Source: Nymphaea colorata (Eukaryota). Taken from it: a stretch of DNA of 64,000 nt. Position numbers and translations under genes: made by a program. This document shows, one piece after another, positions 37,250-49,829 of the stretch. The notes beneath the pieces were generated by a model. That model searched no databases. It saw only the letters and a list, made by a program, of their open reading frames with translations, and was not told where the DNA came from. Location: contig NC_045138.2 of assembly GCF_008831285.2 (NCBI RefSeq), positions 41,912,001 to 41,976,000 on the forward strand. The letters are read 5' to 3'. How positions within the stretch are numbered: position 1 is the stretch's first letter; each line of letters begins with the position of its first letter.

Positions 37250-38885
37250 ACTAGCATAGTTGGATCCATAAATGAACAAATAACATAATATGTTTGGATC
37301 TAATATAAACAGGATATGGATGTTTAACCATATATCCAAATATATATATTCAAATTTGAATCAAAACTGTATGTAAGGTGGACCTCAAACAATAAATAAA
37401 TCTAAATCCAAATGCTACATGAATATAAATATTCAGATTATATTAGCATGGATTTAAACCAGCAATATCCACAATACAACTAATATGAATTTAAAATACA
37501 TGATCCTTATTGAAATATTATACAGTATGATTCAACAAATATATTTGGATCCAAAATGACATCCTAGTTCTTATGCAAGGCCAAAGGATTTTTTTTTCTT
37601 TACCTTTGAAATGATTTAGCTTCATATCCATACTAGTCCATCTCTATTTTGATAAGATATCATCTACTAGCACTTTAGTACTATAAAACTTCAAATAAAT
37701 GCATTTTTGATAGTATGAATTTTAGTTCAAGATGTTATATTACATCTCTTGAACACGTATTAAAAACAAAATTCATTTTTTTAAGAAAGAGAAGCAAATA
37801 AAGCTTTATCCAATAGTTCTCTAGAATGATTTTGGATATACAATGACAACAAATATCACAATATAATCAGATCCAAAAGCAAACATGATAACATATATTC
37901 GAACCAATGTAAACAAGATATGGATTTTTTCCACATATCCAAACAAGTCAATTTAGTTCTGGATCTAAACTTTATGTAATGTGGATTTCACCAGTTCAAA
38001 TGTAGAAATTCAGATCATATCAACATAATTCCAAACACAACGATACGCAAATATAACAAATATCTCTTCCCAAATAACAGTATAGTTGTTAAGTCCACAC
38101 CAAAGATTTTTTTTTTCTTTTTCTCACTTTTAATATGACACAAATTTAAATCCATACCAACTAGCCATCTTGGATAAGAGCAAATAAAATTTCATGTACT
38201 AAAACTTTAGTACAACAATCTTCAAATAAAAAAAAAAATTGTTAGTATCATCATGAGTAAGAGTGTTACCTTACAACTGCAGGCAAAAAGCAAACATGAT
38301 GATATATTTGATACAATATAAGTACTGATATTTAGAGCCAATGATCTAAACAAGTTAATCTTGATATAAATCTATCATTAACAAAGCATAGGATTTTACC
38401 ATGTCTAACAGTGTTGATTTACACCTCTTAGCATACCAACATATAATAATATAATCATTGTTCATAGAATATTCTTTCATAAGGAGTAAAATAAATTCGT
38501 CTTTTAGCACTCTAGTACTACTCACATTGAATATATACATTTTTTTTAACCTTGTGATAAAATCATTGGATCTAAAAATCAATACATATAATAATATGTT
38601 CAGATCTAATATAAAAAAGACATAGATATTAAACAAAAGATCTAATCAAGTTATATCATATCAATGGTACAGAAGAGTACAATGTTTTTAGTGGGATCTA
38701 AATTCTAGCAAAAAAAAAAAAAAACCTTAAGGGCATATCTAATTATCATCATGGATCCAAGTACTAACAATAACCAAAATATAGTCAACATGGATTTAAA
38801 CATGAAAGGATCCAAATACTATGAAAACATGATTCAAGAGTAATATCAAGATCCAAACGAGTATGCTAGTTAAGGCCAAAGAAAA
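37250..38885. repeat. Decayed long-period tandem repeat (~500-750 bp, about three copies), AT-rich with GATCCAAA motifs
   Basis: Recurring blocks such as ACATATATTCGAACCAAT/ATATGTTTGGATCTAAT, AAAGCAAACATGAT and AAGGCCAAAG/CACCAAAG. Confidence 0.55.
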
Positions 38886-39044
38886 TAGTGTTTCCACACT
38901 GTAATTACCTCAATTTTTTTCAAAAAGAATGTCTTCTTTTATTAAAAACACAAAACCCAATTTTTGGATCTAAATTGGTCCAAAGCCACAGTCCAAATCC
39001 AAATTAGATCCAAAAACCCAAGTTCAAATCCAAATCAAGCATTT

Positions 39045-39420
39045 GAGACCCATTTGTCATTCCTTTTGACAAAAAAACCCTCTTTTTAAAGAGCAATTTT
39101 GATCTTTTTGGTAAACAAGACCCATTTGCCTCTCCTTTTGATAAAAAAACCTCCTTTTAAAGGGTGATTTTGGTCTTTTTGGTGGACAAGACCTATTTGC
39201 CATTTCTTTTGATAAAAAAACTTTTGGTCTTTTTGATGAACAAGACCTATTTGCCCCTCTTTGATTTTGGTTTCTTTAGTAAACAAGACCTATTTGCCCA
39301 TCTTTTTGGACAAAGAACCTCCTTTTAAAGGACGATTTTGGTGTTTTTGTAAACAAGACCAATTTTTCCTTCCTTTTGACAAAAAAGCATCATTTTAGAG
39401 AGTGATTTTAGTCTTTTACA
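39045..39420 (+). repeat. Tandem repeat, six copies of an AAGACC(C/T)ATTTGCC core, period ~42-72 bp, immediately upstream of a TATA box
   Basis: Cores near 39046, 39117, 39188, 39243, 39285 and 39355. Confidence 0.85.
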
Positions 39421-39458
39421 AAAAAATTTCAAATTTTGGGTTTTGGCTCCAAAATCCT

Positions 39459-39468
39459 CTATAAATAC
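39459..39468 (+). promoter_or_regulatory. TATA box of an LTR-like promoter
   Basis: CTATAAATAC followed by a CT-rich leader and a GAG|GTATGT donor-like site near 39690, an arrangement common in large plant LTRs. Confidence 0.6.
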
Positions 39469-39730
39469 CCCTCACTTCCCCCCTCTTGAGCAATATTGGC
39501 ATTTGGGTGAAACTCTAGTGTATTCTCACTTGAAAACTTAGAGTTTCTCTTGAGCTCTCTCTCTCTCCCTCTTCTTCCTCTCCAACTTGGAGCAAGTTGC
39601 AACCCTCTTGGAGGCATTATCTTGGAGCTTCACTCAAAGGGATTTTCAATCTAATGTGTTCATTTTCTCTAAGCCTTTTTCATTTAGAGGTATGTAATCC
39701 AAACATCACTTCATTCTTTATTTTCTTCTC

Positions 39731-40420
39731 TCTCATTTTCATCTCCCCATGGCCAAATGAGATAGTTCTCTCTCCCTATTTTAGAGTCAAGAGGTTATGC
39801 TCGAGTGCATCAGGAGCATAAGAAGATGAGATGATCTTCCATTTTATGATTAGATCATGTTCTTTCTTTTCTTGATTATAGTGTTGTTGCTGCTGTTGTT
39901 CTTTCTCTTCATTAATATGTTATTGTTATTATTGCTATTTCCCTTTAATATAGTTTGGTTGTTGTTCTTTTTATTTTGTTCTTCTCATCTTCATCTCTCC
40001 ATGGTCAAAGGAGATAGCACTCAATCTCTATTTTAGAGACAAGAGACCATGCTCGAGTGTACCGAGAGCATGAAAAGATAAGATGATCTTTCATTTCAAG
40101 CTTAAATCATGCTTTCTATTTTATTAAATATGACATTGTCTTTCATTTTTCATGTTCTTCTCATCTTCATCTCCTCATGGTCAAAGGAGATAGCACTCAA
40201 TCTCTATTTTAGAGACAAAAGTCTATGCTCAAGTGCACCGGGAGCATGGAGAGATGAGATGATCTTTTATTTCATGTTTAAATCATATTTTCTATTAAAT
40301 GTGATATTGTTTTTATTTTCTTCTCATCTTCATCTCCCCATGGCCAAAGGAGATAGCACTCAATCTTTTCTTAGAGACAAGAGGCTATGTCAAGTGCACC
40401 GGGAGCATGGAAAGATGAGA
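39731..40420 (+). repeat. Array of four ~100-nt structured units (predicted four-way-junction RNA) with variable T-rich spacers
   Basis: Units at 39731-39831, 39983-40083, 40159-40259 and 40322-40420, with four nested inverted repeats per unit. Confidence 0.85.
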
Positions 40421-43400
40421 TGATCATTCATTTCATAGTTATATTAAGCCCTCCTAGTTGAATCTTTTTCTTCCCATCATCCTCTCTTTCTCTTTCCTTC
40501 CTTGAATATTTTTCATGTATCACCCATGCATAGTTGTTTGGTTTTCCGTTTATATGTGAATGTATGATGAGAATGAGAGTGTGACTTAGGGTTCTTCATT
40601 TTTATCTTATTATTAATTTTTGAGGTTGAAACATGACCAACCCGGAGAAACCTTCACGAATATGTACATGTTAAAAATGGATTCTCATGTTATTGAGTAT
40701 AAGTTTCCTTCCTAATAACCCAATTAGGAACCGTAATGAGTGCCTCATTATATTGCTTGTTTTCTTCCATACACAACGGTGGAAGAAATATATCCCTTGT
40801 AATAACTAAGTAATAACATTCTATAAATCATAGTTTCCAAAACATTTTCAAAATTAACCTCCTAATATGGCCTTAGGGACTTAGCTTGTACTCTTGCATG
40901 AGTCCAAGCTCCCCTCCGGCCTACATTAAACTTGAAGTTGGTAATCTTAAGTTATTCCTTGATTTCTAATCTTGTGAAGGCACGTATGTATATACATATT
41001 ATATACATCCATGCACACATGATGATCCCCTCACCTTTCTCTCTTTATGCTTTCACTTTTCATTTTACAAATTTTCATATATGCATGAATGTGTATGCAT
41101 ATGTGCTTTATTTCCTCTATTTCTGATATTTCATTCATCTTTTCAAGATAAATATCTTTACTTACGAAATTTCTTATACATACCCATATATACGTATGTA
41201 TATTTTTCTTTTCCTCTAAAACCTCTCTTTTTCTCTTCAAATTAATACATCTTTTTCTCTTAAGCTTTCATATATGTGTATATGTGATGATATGTATACA
41301 TATATGGATGTCTTTCTCTATCTCTCTCTCTTTCTTTTCATAAGAGTGTTTTATATCTTGTATTCTTTTAACATTCTCCTCTCACGAGCTTTCTATTTAC
41401 CAACTTCATTAAGACCACAAACCAAGTAATGACCCAATATTAGAATAATGTTTGATGGTCTACAATCTCTATCCCTTTTCAAAAACTTTTCCTTCTTATA
41501 TACAATAATTATAACAACAAAATTTTAGATGTATGTTGTGGTAGGAATAACTTTAGATGAATGTTGTGGTAGGAATATTTTACATTCTTCCAATCATATA
41601 GGATAAATACATCCATGCATTCTCACCCACTTTATTTCACTTATGATCACAAGCACCTCTCCAAAAAAACTTAAGTAAGATGGAATGAAGCTCTAATTAG
41701 GTGGTAACCGAATTATAGCAAAATTTCAAACCTACTTAAAGTTTTAAGAGAACATTAAAGTGATTTCAAAATAATTTCACAAGCTTTTCAAATGATATTT
41801 ATTAATCTCACTTTTTCTTCGAAACATTTCACATTTTCAAGCAACTCTTCAAGAGTCGTTTCAAAAGTTTGAAACATCAAACTTTCAATATTTTCTACAC
41901 CGCATATAGAATCAAAAGGATGTTTAAGTTAAAATAAAATACATCAATGATGAACATAGCCCTTGAATTGATTACCCACGATAAAGGCACCGGAAACGGT
42001 TGATCCTCGTACCGACGGGCGAGTCACTTTCTCTTTTTTTCAAATAAAAAACTCATTTTTTTGAATCACTTTAAATACCACAAATTTTGGGGATGCGAAC
42101 ACACACATAAAACTTTATCTTTTTCTATATCTATCTTCACATAGACAATATCCCTATGGCTTTGAAAACAAAGCAACCCACAAATTCAAACAAGATTCTA
42201 CCAAAGTTAAAATACTCTTGGGGTCCAAATAATTCAAAATTAATTTCAAGAATTTAAGTCTTAAAACAAATTCTTCTCCCCTTTATTTCCTTCTTCTTTT
42301 CTCACGAATGAGCAACTTAGGCTTGTTAGAGCCGCCTCCCCCTTTTTTTTAATTAGCATATGAGAGCTAGCATAAAATCATTTTATGAAAATATTAGGAA
42401 CAAGAAAAAAATTGCTACAAGCAATTCTCGTCCTTTTTTTCAGAAAATGGACGGAGATCCTTTTTTTAATAATTTCATAAAAATATAAACCCATTGAGAA
42501 TATTTGGAATAGTTTAACACTATTTATAAAATGCATAAAACATCATGGACGACAGAATAATTTTGAACTTCAGATATACATACCTCTCCGTCGACTTCCT
42601 TTTTCATTGCTTTTCATTTTCTCTCTCTCCAGCACTTTCTTCTAGGGTACTCTACCCCCTTTCTAAAAGTTCCACTGAAGATTGCCAATGTTCGGCAACT
42701 GAATGGTCCGACGATGTTGGACAGTAATGGTGGAGGACATTCACTCCCAGCATCCACAGAGTTGACGTTCTTGGGCTGGAGACAAAAGTTTGAGAGGAAA
42801 AACTTCTAACGCCTTCGCTGGAAGAGAGAATAGCCGAAAACTATAGTGGCTAGGAGAAGATGTGGTTCATAGGGTTTGTCTTCCTCCTGAGCTAAGATAT
42901 AGCTAAGGTATAAACTGGATCCAGCTCAAGGATGATGGTTTTCTTCCTCCCTTTCTCTATAGCAGCAGCAAGATCGCTGCTTTCTGGTGACAACATCAGA
43001 CAGCCAAGGGCGAACAATGGCTAGCTTCGGTGAACAGAAAGGGCCGGATTCATGCATCGAAGTTTCAGGTGTCAAGAGTTTCGTCAATCAAATCCAACCT
43101 CTAGAGGGGTTCTTTACCACACAGCCAGAGGAGATTATTCCGACACAATGATCAGACCCTCAGGGGTTATTTTCCTCTTGAATGAAAACGAAAAATAGAA
43201 ACCCTTCGTCCAAGACTTCCCTCTAATGTCAAGTATGAACCCTTTTCCTTTTCTTTTTCTTTTTTTTTTTTCACTAGAAGACGATCTCTTCTCCATTTCC
43301 CAAGCACCATATAGGCAGTGGTTTGCCACTATGTTGGCTTGCTCATTGTCCATGTTATGTTTCTCATTCTGCAGTAGTGCTGGAAAACCCCCAAAAGCCT

Positions 43401-44699
43401 AGCAATAGGTAAAGCGGTCATTTCTTTTATTTTCTTCCTCATTTACTTTTGTTTTCTCACTGTAACTGCTGCGTAGGCTTCGGTTTTTAGTGACCGAAAA
43501 GATGGCCGGAGACAGATCGACACTTGCAGGGTTACATATTCTGTCCTCAAGGGTTCTTTTCCTATGTGCTAGATGTTAAATTTCTCTGTTGGTTGATTGC
43601 ATTTTTTCAAGAAAATAACAGCAAACTGAGAGCATGTCTTTAACTTCAAGGGCTGGGATTCCCTGTAGCAACCTAGAAGGAAGAGGTGGTTCCAGCCACA
43701 TGGTAAATTACCAACTAGTTATTATTTTAATTATTGTTACCTTTTTCTTTTGTAATCTTTCCCACTCTCCCTTGGTTCTTTCTTCTTTGTTCTTCCCTTT
43801 TTTTACATTCAAAATTCAAAAAACCACCAAATTCACAAATTCACAGGAAAGGAAAAGAACGACATGGCATGGAACATGTAATACCATAGTCAGAGAAACA
43901 AAAAAATGGTAAACAACCATTGCAATAGAAAATTGAGGCTAGAATGCATCGTCTTCAATACCTATTCTCTTTCAAAAATACTTGCATGATATATTTCTAG
44001 GTGCAAGCACAAATATACAGACATGAGACAACCCGAATATGCAACCATATTAAATCTCACCTGACATGTTATCTAATTTATGTACACATACTATGAATGG
44101 GTGAATGATCATAAACAACATGCATATGCTAGGTATCATGCTTGCCAGCATACAATAAAATAGCATCATACATGGTGTGCATATCAAGCACACACAAACA
44201 AAGACAATAGCAAGTTTCACAAACATTATATTAATTAACTCACTGTTTCAGCATTTTGATTTTCTTTTTTTTTTTTCAAGTTGTATAACCTTGCTCTGAT
44301 ACCACTGTTGTAACTTTGATGTTTCGCCGAGGATCTCTATGCCAAGCTTAGTTTGCAACTTAAAAATGCACAACAACAAAATGGGAGAGAAAGGAAGAGA
44401 GAAGGAGAGTCAGAATAATTTCCAGGTTTACTTTTAGGAGGTGCCGGCTAATCTCACGATCAACCCTAAGCATAAGATAAGCTAGGCTTTTATAGACTGC
44501 CTCCTAGGGTCCCGATGCCCCACAACGGTTACAGTCAGAGGGATTTGTGGATAGTTTTCTTATTTAATCTTGTAACTGCAAGTGGTCCTTCTTGCTGTTA
44601 CAAGATGTAGAGATAGGGCTCATGGCCACTATCCCACAGTTTGACCCCCAAACACAGGTTTACTTGGTGCAATAATAGACAAGGGGCCAGCCAATTCTT

Positions 44700-45720
44700 G
44701 TGCAGATTGGACTCCACCCTAATCAGTGATGTTTGGAAGGATCAGTGGCGCAGTTCTACTAAGATGTGGGTCCTCCCTCGGGTCGACCTCTAACCATTCT
44801 GCTCTTAGAGTGACAACATGCTTCAATCTTAACCCCCCAGGCACCAGCAGATTTGGCCAATTCAAATACTTTCTTTTTTTAGGCTAAAAGACCACAATGT
44901 AAAGTTTTGGTGCAAGAGGCATGGGGCCTACATGTTTTTGGATGCCCCCTTGTGAGAGTGATCATGAAATTGGTGCTCACTCATTGTGCTCTATATAAAT
45001 GGGCTAAATCTTGCTTGGGTGACGTTTCTCTTTGAATTAATGCTTTTCATGAGGAATTGGACAGAATTCAGTCTTTGGAGATGGGCTGTTCTGAATCTAA
45101 CATTAAGCATGAGCATTTGACCAGGGAGGAGTTGAGTTGTAAGATTCCCTCTAAGAGGAGAACAGTTTATGGAAGCAAAGAGCTCACATGAAATGGATGG
45201 TCGAAGGGGACCATAACACCTTACTACCATGCGGTGATCAAAGGGTGCAGAATGAAGAACTCCTTATCTGCACTAGAGCATGATGGTGCTAGAGTTAACC
45301 ATGGAAATGCTATTTGATCGGTTTGCAAATTTTTTTTCTGTGAACATCTTGGCTTTGAGGAGGGGTCGGGTTGTGGCTTAATCAAGACAGAGGATGCCCT
45401 TAGACTGTCGAAGGAGGATGATGCTCATTGGTTTCTCCCTGCTACTATAGAGGAGGTGAAGCAAGTGGCCTACTCATTGGATGGTAATAGCATCCTCCAA
45501 GCTCGACGGATTCCCAGCTTCTTTCTATCAGCACCATTGGACCATTGTTAGCTATGACTTATTGTAGGCTATTAATAGTTTCTTGACCACAGGGAAATCA
45601 GTGAAGAAGATTAACTGGAATTATATTGCAGTCTAAAAAATGGAACGTTTATGTAGAATTAATGATCTTGGACCAATTGCATGCAATGTGTTTTATGCAT
45701 TTATATCTAAACTTTAATGT
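44700..45720 (+). mobile_element. Decayed L1 LINE ORF2 fragment (endonuclease linker to RT start)
   Basis: EEVKQVAYSLDGNS...DGFPASFYQHHWTIV and PIACNVFY motifs, broken by frameshifts. Confidence 0.75.
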
Positions 45721-46639
45721 ATTTTACATCACATCAAAACGTATAATCCGTCATTGTTCACTGTCAAATGATAATTGAAATAGTGTTATGATTAAACAAC
45801 ATTGTGTTATCAAATATCAATCGATACAATAATCATTATCTTTCTTCATCTTCATCTTCAACCTTTTCTCCCTTAAACAACGACTTCTTGTCAATTTCTT
45901 TGTCAATTTCTTTAAAATGGTGAAAAATCACCCTCTCACAACTCTTAGCAGCGTTGAAAATGAAAAGGGAAAAGAACTTCTAAAAAAAATCTCAAAGCAA
46001 AAAAAGAGAATTAGACCTTTTTTGAAAAACAAAGCTATATCGTAAGATGTGGCTGTAACGTAAGACACGGAGTCTATATCATCAGGCATGGCTGATACGA
46101 GTAAGATACACAGCATTTTGTGTTTCATGCCCATATCGTACAGTTTGTTACGTATCATAAGGTACGGCTCTATATCATAAGATACATGTAACATCGTCCT
46201 ATGCAATAATGAATAATAACAGTTAGAGGAGCTAGTAATTTTGGTTAGAGGGCACTAATTCAATATCTTTACTTTTTTTAGACTATATATATATATATCA
46301 AAACATTAGCAGAAAATTAAACAAACCTTGTGAGCCACCATGTGACTATGTTGACTGAAACCAACACAAAACTAGAGCGACTACTGATCACATTAAAAGC
46401 AGCAATGGAGAGAGGTTGGCACAAGCCTTTTCATATATGAGAATTAAAGAAGATCCAAAACAACAATTAGAAAAAAAAAAAAAAACTACACGTCGAAAAT
46501 GGGGAATCTAAAGCAACCGGTGCTATGAACCACCCTGCCAAGTGCACGACGTCAAAATTTGAGTGAAACAGATTTCAACAAGTAATAAAATGAAGAAAAT
46601 GCAAAGGAAAAATAGGAAACAAGGCCTTCCCGGCATGCC

Positions 46640-46759
46640 GGGATATGAGTTACCGGCGTTGCCCCCGTAGGGCATGTGCGTGTTGGGACTCGCGTACCAG
46701 GGATATGAGTTACCGGCGTTGCCCCGGTAGGGCATGCGCGTGTTGGGACTCGCGTACCA
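46640..46759. repeat. Two-copy 60-bp GC-rich tandem repeat plus a partial third copy
   Basis: GGGATATGAGTTACCGGCGTTGCCCC(C/G)GTAGGGCATG(T/C)GCGTGTTGGGACTCGCGTACCA twice, with 2 mismatches. Confidence 0.95.
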
Positions 46760-47929
46760 GGCGGTTGGGAGGAAAGTGCGTGGGGACTCGCGCCGCCTCT
46801 TTAAAAATGACGGCAAAAGTCATTTCCCCACCTTCGCTGCTGCCGGCAGCAAGATTGAATCTAATTCAATTGGCAACTAAAGCCCACCAAGATAAACTAG
46901 CTTTTTTTGGCAAGAATAGTTAATCCATTGCATAGATCATTGATATTGCTTCAATTGTGTGAAAATCTTTAACAAACGATGACAAAAGAAGAAACGCGCA
47001 TACAAGCACCCTGTAGCAATACGAAGATCTCGAGCACCAATGACTGGAAAGAGAAGGCCGTACAGGAACTCGCAACATGTTGCAGAATACATCCACCAAC
47101 CAACAAGGAAAATGCAGATGTGAAGGATCTTTTCTGTCAGAACATTTTTGGGAAGAGTTACAGACATAAATGTTGCCGTTAAGGACAATCGCCAATGGCT
47201 GATTGACATGACGTGAGCTTTACTTTGTTGTGGGGCTGAACCTTCATGGAAACTGAAACTGAAGATTGTTGTCAGCTACTGCCAGCATTCTCTCCTCCAC
47301 CTGCCACCGTCCTAGCTGCAAAATCATCACTACTTCTTTTGGGCATGTTCATATTAGGAGGTTTCTCTTCCCCACTAAAGTAAATTGAAGATGAGGGAGG
47401 CCAGAGTCCACTTGAGCCTTTCAAGATGAAGGCATAGTCAAAATGTCATTGCTCACTACCAGTGCAGCTATGACCATAAATCAAATAGCCTAACTATTTA
47501 CCTGTAAAATCCTTCAAGGATCATTCTCCTCCATTTCCCATTAACCTGACTATGGGTTAGCCCCATTAGGGCATCAACCTTCTCAACTACCTTTCCTTCA
47601 ACAATGAACACCCATGATCAACTGGGGATATATCCTTTCATCCATCGACCACCCATCTACTGCTCAGAGCTACTTTGTATCCATCCCCCTCCACACTACT
47701 TGGGAGGGTCCCCCTTTGAAAGGGAGGTTTTTGTCTGCCCGACTAAGGACATTCTCATGTCCACCATCTTTGGGGACCCACCTGTCACTAGGGGGACTGA
47801 TGTTGCCAAAACCCTTGCCGATCCTACCTTTCTAACTTGCTCTCTCTCTCTCTCCTTGATGGTCCTGATGATTTAATCATTAATGTTAATGACTATGATA
47901 ATTTTTTTATTTAATCATTATGATAGACA

Positions 47930-49190
47930 TAAATGTGGTCGACATCTCAGATTCAATTGCAAATGACAAATCTTAGTTGAAAGCATTATGAAAAAAAGAA
48001 GGTCATGTATTCATTTTGTAAGAAGGAGATGTTTGGTGGTGTTAACAGGTTGAAGCAACACATTTGACATATAAAAGATGAAATTAAACCACATTTTGCA
48101 GTAAAGTCAAAAGTAGACAAGGAAAATTTCAAAAATATCTAAAGTTTTGGGCTTTGAGACTGCAGATGAATAACATAGCGAAGAAACATGGACTTGTCAT
48201 TTGCATTCTGATAAAGATAATGAAAATGATATAATTATGTAATTGATGAGCAAACAAGCTAAATAATGTGTGTTGTTATTTCAAGGTTCTTTGATCATGA
48301 TGTAATTCTATTTAATGCAGCTAGCTTACGTTATTTTATTGATAGATGAAGTTAAGTTTAATGAAAGCCTGCAAGTAGAAAGATAATTATGGGTCAATAT
48401 TTAAATGAAAAAAGAAAATGATGCCTTTCAATGCAAAGTTGTGGTAGAAGTTGGTCAGGAGGATTTGCTAGAAGTAGTTATCATAAGGTTTTCAACCATT
48501 CATCATCCTTTAATAATATAATATTTTAATTTTCAAGTTATAAACTTATGAAGCTTATATTTAATATTCTTTTCAAGTTATCACTGAAAATGTTGCAAAG
48601 TTTGCTCGAAAACTATTGAAAAAAGAGTACAACTTCTTTTAGATTATGTATTGTTTACTGCTTATATTCCGCAATGATAGAAATAAAATGCATATACAAG
48701 ATTGTCACATATGATGAGGAACTTATTCATTAACAAGAGAGATTTTGAAGCTAGTGTATATAAGGTTCTAACCAATTTTATATTCCTTGAAACCACGTTA
48801 GAACATAAAAATTGCTTCATAAAATGTGCGTAAATAAACAATGGACAACTATAAGATTCTGTAAGTCATAAGAAAGAAAAGAAGTTGAGAAAATTGTCTT
48901 GAACCCACCCTTTTAGAAGATAGTGGTTATATTATTAAAGATAACAGAATTTTTGCTTCTAATATTGACCTACAGTGTTGATAACCTCAACTCAGTATGA
49001 GTTATATTTATATGAAGCCATGACAAACGTAGAAATTAAAGGTATTTATGGTGGTGATGATAGGAAATATAATGCTTGTGAATTAATTGATAAGAGAAAA
49101 GAAGGCCAACTTCATCGCCATTTTCATGTTACAATATATTTCTTAAATTCAACATATCAATACTCGTAAAAATCTTCAATTGTGAGATGT
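47930..49190 (+). pseudogene. Decayed hAT transposase (BED finger plus DUF659-type region)
   Basis: FCKKEMFGGVNRLKQH (BED-like), VITENVA (VITDNA-like), YLYEAM and IDKRKEGQLHRHFHVTIYFLNSTYQYS. Confidence 0.75.
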
Positions 49191-49829
49191 TGGTAATGAC
49201 TCAATGACAAATTTATAATATCATATTATTGTATATTTCTTATGTTTTCATAATCTTCAATGGTTTGCCAGTAATTTGTTTTTCTTGTTCACTATTATTA
49301 GCATCCTATGGTTATGTGTGGACTCAAACAACGCACCATGTGCCTAGAGCTGGACATTCAAAACGCAGCAGCTGCGACGTTACACGTTTGTTCTTTTTTT
49401 TTTTTATTTGCCAATATTTTAAAAGTGATGTTTATCTTATGTACCATAAATTTACAATCATAATTTTTTTTCCATGTTATTATACGCAAGATTTCATAAC
49501 TCTTTTGGCTATGAAGTTTAGATAAAAAGAAGTACCCGGTGCCCATTTAACCGTTAGTTTTAGTTTTTTACTCTTTCACCATTTTCAAAATATTGAATAT
49601 AGTGACGACAATTTAATGTTACAATTTTGTGTTTTACTTAGAAATAAGATGGGAAGAATATGGAGGCTGTGAACAGCAAAAAATTGCAACTTCTTAGTGA
49701 AATATTTTCTCCAAGTGAATGCTAAATAAGCAAGTTTCATCAAATTCATTTAAAAAAGGTGCAATATACTATAACAAAGACAACTAAATAACTTGATATC
49801 TACGCATTACAACTTAAAACTAAATGAGA

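Larger units (their letters stand above)
34734..44638 (-). mobile_element. Element E: old copia-type LTR element with decayed and expanded interior
   Basis: 5' LTR 44306-44638 followed (minus strand) by PBS TGGTATCAGAGC at 44304-44293. 3' LTR 34734-34742 plus 35611-35935, with PPT GGCTAAGCGGGAGA. RNase H remnant (DMIA..LTKGI-like) near 36150-36190. No matching TSD. Confidence 0.8.

Noticed and set aside
39731..40420. Structured array considered as a CRISPR array, tRNA, snoRNA, or hammerhead/hairpin ribozyme
   Set aside because: Eukaryotic context with no cas genes. No T-loop GTTC, no C/D or H/ACA boxes, and no CUGANGA..GAAA core on either strand.
46920..47209. Overlapping 67-91 aa ORFs near the CpG island
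   Set aside because: No recognisable homology or splice structure.
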